From contig NW_019217834.1 of NCBI RefSeq assembly GCF_002571385.2, positions 810,808 through 874,807 on the forward strand: a DNA stretch of 64,000 bases, written 5' to 3'. This document shows, one piece after another, positions 60,549-64,000 of this stretch. The stretch comes from Stylophora pistillata (lineage: Eukaryota). A program made the position numbers and the translations under genes. The notes below the pieces were generated by a model. It searched no databases and was not told the DNA's origin. It saw only the letters and a list, made by a program, of their open reading frames with translations. Positions within the stretch are counted from its first letter, which is position 1; each line of letters opens with the position of its first letter.

Positions 60549-63500
60549 TTTAGATAGATAGATGGATCACTATATTTATACACAGTAAATTCCACTCAGT
60601 CGTATACAAGCAATATACCTACAAATGTAAAACTTAAAACTATATAATCATTATAAAATATATACAAAGATTAATTTAAGCCTAATCTATTAAATGAACT
60701 GAACTAACCTCTTATTAGAATGAAAATAAATGAAAATAAAAGTACTGCTTTTCAGGGATGCTGTGTCATTAGTTCACTCAAAACTGAAGTTACTTAGCTT
60801 CGTCTTAAACTCACCTAATGTGTTAGATACTCTAATATCAGTCAGAAGGCTATGCCACAATGCAGCACCGCTATAAGAGAAACTTTTACGAACATAATTG
60901 GTACGAGTTTGCGGAAGAGCCAGCCTCATTTCACTATTTTACAATAGATCTGTAACTAGTAGTATCATTACGAAAGATGAATTTATTTGATAAATAATCA
61001 GGTGTCTGTCCATTTAGAATTTTGAACATCATAATAGCTTTGGCAAAAAGCCTCTGATTCCTTAGGTTTTTCCAATGAAGTCTATGGAACAGGTCTCGAG
61101 CGCTAGAATCATAAGGGGCGGACAACAATATACGAGCCGCACGGTTCTGCAGCTTCTGAAGTTTTTCGGCCAGACTTGTACTACAGCAAACCCATACTAA
61201 GCTACAGCAGTCAAACTGGGGCTTTACCAAACCATTGAAGATGTTCAAAAGAGTACAGAATGGTACAAAATCTCTAATGTGCTTAATTAAGCCCAAAGCT
61301 GATCAGAAGAAATTTTCTTACAAACAGTTTCAATATGGGTATTCCAGCTTAAGTTTTCATCAATAGATACACCAAGAGACTTTGTTGACAACACCTGCTC
61401 AATGGGAAAATTATTAATGGTAAGAGACGGATTGTCTGACAAGTAAGCTCGCCTTTGCCTTGAAGTTATTATTAAGAATTCGGTCTAAGTCAGGTTCAAT
61501 GTGAGTTTATTAGAAGACAACCAGGTATTAACAGATTTCAAATCTTTGTTAAGATAATCATCAATTTCATTTAAATCTTTGCCAGCGTAAGTAATGCTGG
61601 TATTGTCAGCATACATTCAATGATGAGAAAAATTAAGGCACCGAGGTAAATCGTTAGTATAGAGTGAGAATAAAAGCGGGCCCAGAATCGTGCCTTGAGG
61701 CACACTGCAATTAAGGAACTTTGGCGTCGATTTAGAACAATCGAGTTGGCAGATCTGTGTGCGGTCAACTAAATAGGAGTGAAACAAACGCAAAGCTAGT
61801 CCACAAATTCCGTATGAACAAAGCTTAGATAAAAGAATCTCATGATTGACTGTATCAAATGCCTTCTTTAAATCTAAGAAGGCAACAGCATTGATCAATC
61901 CATGGTCTATATTAAGAGCCCAGCTATCAGTTGCCTCGAGTAGAGCTGTAACCATCGAGTGTAATGAACTGAAACCGGACTGATGTTTGGAAAGAAGATT
62001 ATACTTTGTAAGATGGACGTACAGTTGATCATAGATTATCTGCTCAAAAACTTTTGCTACCACAGGAATTACTGAAATGGGGCGATAATTGGATGGATCA
62101 TTGCGCTTGCCTGAATTTTTGTAGAGAGGGGAGACTCTAGCATTTTTCCAATCATTCAGAAATACACCTGTTTTAAATGATTGATTAAATATCAATGATA
62201 GCGACTTACAGATTAAATCGGGGCATTCCTTCAGGAGTTTGGCGGGGATATTATCGGGGCCAGTTGCTTTAGATCTGGAAAGTTTCAATAAAAGCGAATA
62301 AACATGTGCAGGGGTGGTTTCACAAAAGGAAAACAGCTTGTCAGTTTCGATTAGAAATTCGGAATAGCTAATGGCCCCCCTCTGCAACATCCTTACTAAT
62401 GAATAAAGGCTGATAGTTTCGAAAGAAACTGTTTGGGGCTGCGTCGGTGGGGGTAACGAAATAATTTGGATATATCAACAAAGTTGAAATGGTAATTGGC
62501 CACCATAACGATTATAATCGTTACGGTGGCCAATTTACCATTTCAACTTTGTTGATAATTATATTCAAAACATCCTTACTAAGATTTGTACCAATTTCCG
62601 AGAAAAATGTATTGAAGATCTCCGCAGCTTCCAACAAGCTCTCCGATTTTTGGCCACAGTAGTCAACTTCATTTATAACTGTTTCTGTTTGATTTACGAC
62701 AAGTTAGTTCATTAATAGTTTAATTGCCACGTTTTCCGAGTGTCACCAGAGAACTTATCAAAAGCATTGATATAATAATTTTGTTTTGCGGTCTTAATTT
62801 CCTTGTTAATTTGGTTCTTTAATGTCCGATAATAATTCCAATCGATCAGACTGTTACTTATGACAGCTTTCTTTTTTAAATGATCTCGATAATTCATTCT
62901 CTTTTTGAGCCTGGTGGTAATCCGAGAGGATTTGGAAGGGCACAAACATTTAGATTTTAACGGAGCGTGAGCATCACACACCCTTAGAAATAGCGCCTTC
63001 CATTTTAGCCACATTTCATTAGGTTCAAAAACTCCCTTGAGAATATCCCAGGGTTGACTCAATATGTCAGCTCTAAAATTCACACTCTCAAAGTGTTTAA
63101 ACTGTCTATAATTTACCAGTTTAATTCCCTTGGAAGCTGGAGGAATTGAAACTTTCTGAGAGGCATAAACCAAACTGTGATCACTGATACCAGCATGAGA
63201 TACACCTGAAAAGGAGACAAGATCCGTCTGATTGGTGAAAATTAAGTCTAGAAGGGAACTAGAAGAAGGTGTAACTCAAGTTGGTTCAGTGATCAGTTGC
63301 TTTAGGCCATATACATCCAAAATGTTCAGAAGAGCATTAACATTAGCATTATTCTCAGAAAGAACTTGTTGCAATTTATATCCCCCATGAGATAATGCTC
63401 GATATTTTCAGTATCTAATTTCCTTAAAAGTATATCAAGATGAGAGAAAAGAACCACTGAAGAGTTAGGGGGTCTATACCAAGTTATGATTACGAATGGC

Positions 63501-63830
63501 TTAGTACTAAATTTGCGAACTTCGATAGACAGTATTTTGAGACGGTCCATTGCCAGGTCCTCCCGCAAAAAATAATTAATATTGGATCTAATATAAAAGC
63601 AAATGCCACCGCCAGATCTGCCATTGGCTAATCTGTCATGGCGGACAATATTGTAGCCCTCTACTGTTACCTCATTATCACAAATACTGCCATCAAGTTT
63701 AGTTTCATTAATAGCTAAAATGTCAACGCACTGATTACTTAGAACAATACGAAGTTCATCAAATGTATTTAGTAAGGCTATTGATGCTTAAACACGCCAT
63801 TTTAAAACAGCAGCCTTTTGGCACTATCAT
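60549..63830 (-). mobile_element. Degenerate non-LTR retrotransposon (CR1/L2 group) ORF2: AP endonuclease plus reverse transcriptase, in an AK8 intron
   Basis: DILAINETKLD, WYRPPNS, LMGDINC, NYRPISVIP, FLDLKKAFDTV, VPQGTILGPLLF and LQNRAARI. Multiple stops and frameshifts. (ATCT)n-like 3' tail near 60549-60565. Confidence 0.93.
62400..62568. mobile_element. Small Penelope-like insertion with an inverted duplication, inside the LINE
   Basis: 14-bp TSD AACATCCTTACTAA (62386-62399 and 62569-62582) and a loop-less palindrome at 62473-62557. Family assignment is from recalled similarity only. Confidence 0.65.
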
Positions 63831-64000
63831 AGGATGAAGAATATCAGAGGCATTAATTATTAGGAGACAAGGTCAAATTTGCTTCAACTTCAGTTAATTA
63901 GTGTACAATACATCAATTAGTTTAACACATAGGAAACCTGTAGTTTTTCAAATGCAAACTTTCTACTTTATAATTGAATGCTAGTTAATGTTAAGACTGA

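Overview
AT-rich, intron-rich animal genomic DNA, not prokaryotic. The repeat families and gene style suggest an anthozoan cnidarian, probably a stony coral (inference). There are two assembly gaps (11114-11381, 13628-14180) and single Ns at 4031 and 46486. Exon chains were rebuilt by hand and checked for splice phase. Left to right: the first, signal-peptide exon of a minus-strand gene leaving the window; a 3-exon class A GPCR; an intronless RPP30; a 3-exon secreted single-CBM14 prepropeptide; an orphan disordered CaaX protein; a complete 23-exon protein kinase N (PKN2-like, minus strand, about 975 aa, two GC-AG introns, with a 564-codon same-strand ORF inside intron 7); HMCES (8 exons, head-to-head with PKN); CFAP77 (6 exons, minus) head-to-head with AK8 (first 5 exons); and a degenerate L2/CR1-type LINE. 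Introns carry many MITEs, SINEs, foldback elements and a nested transposon stack. Best candidates for something undescribed: (1) the nested PKN ORF, which may be an alternative N-terminus giving a Rho-independent kinase; (2) the toxin-style CBM14 prepropeptide; (3) several unrelated foldback elements sharing a GNA-triloop plus tandem GA/GA hairpin apex. No database searches were run, so novelty is unverified.
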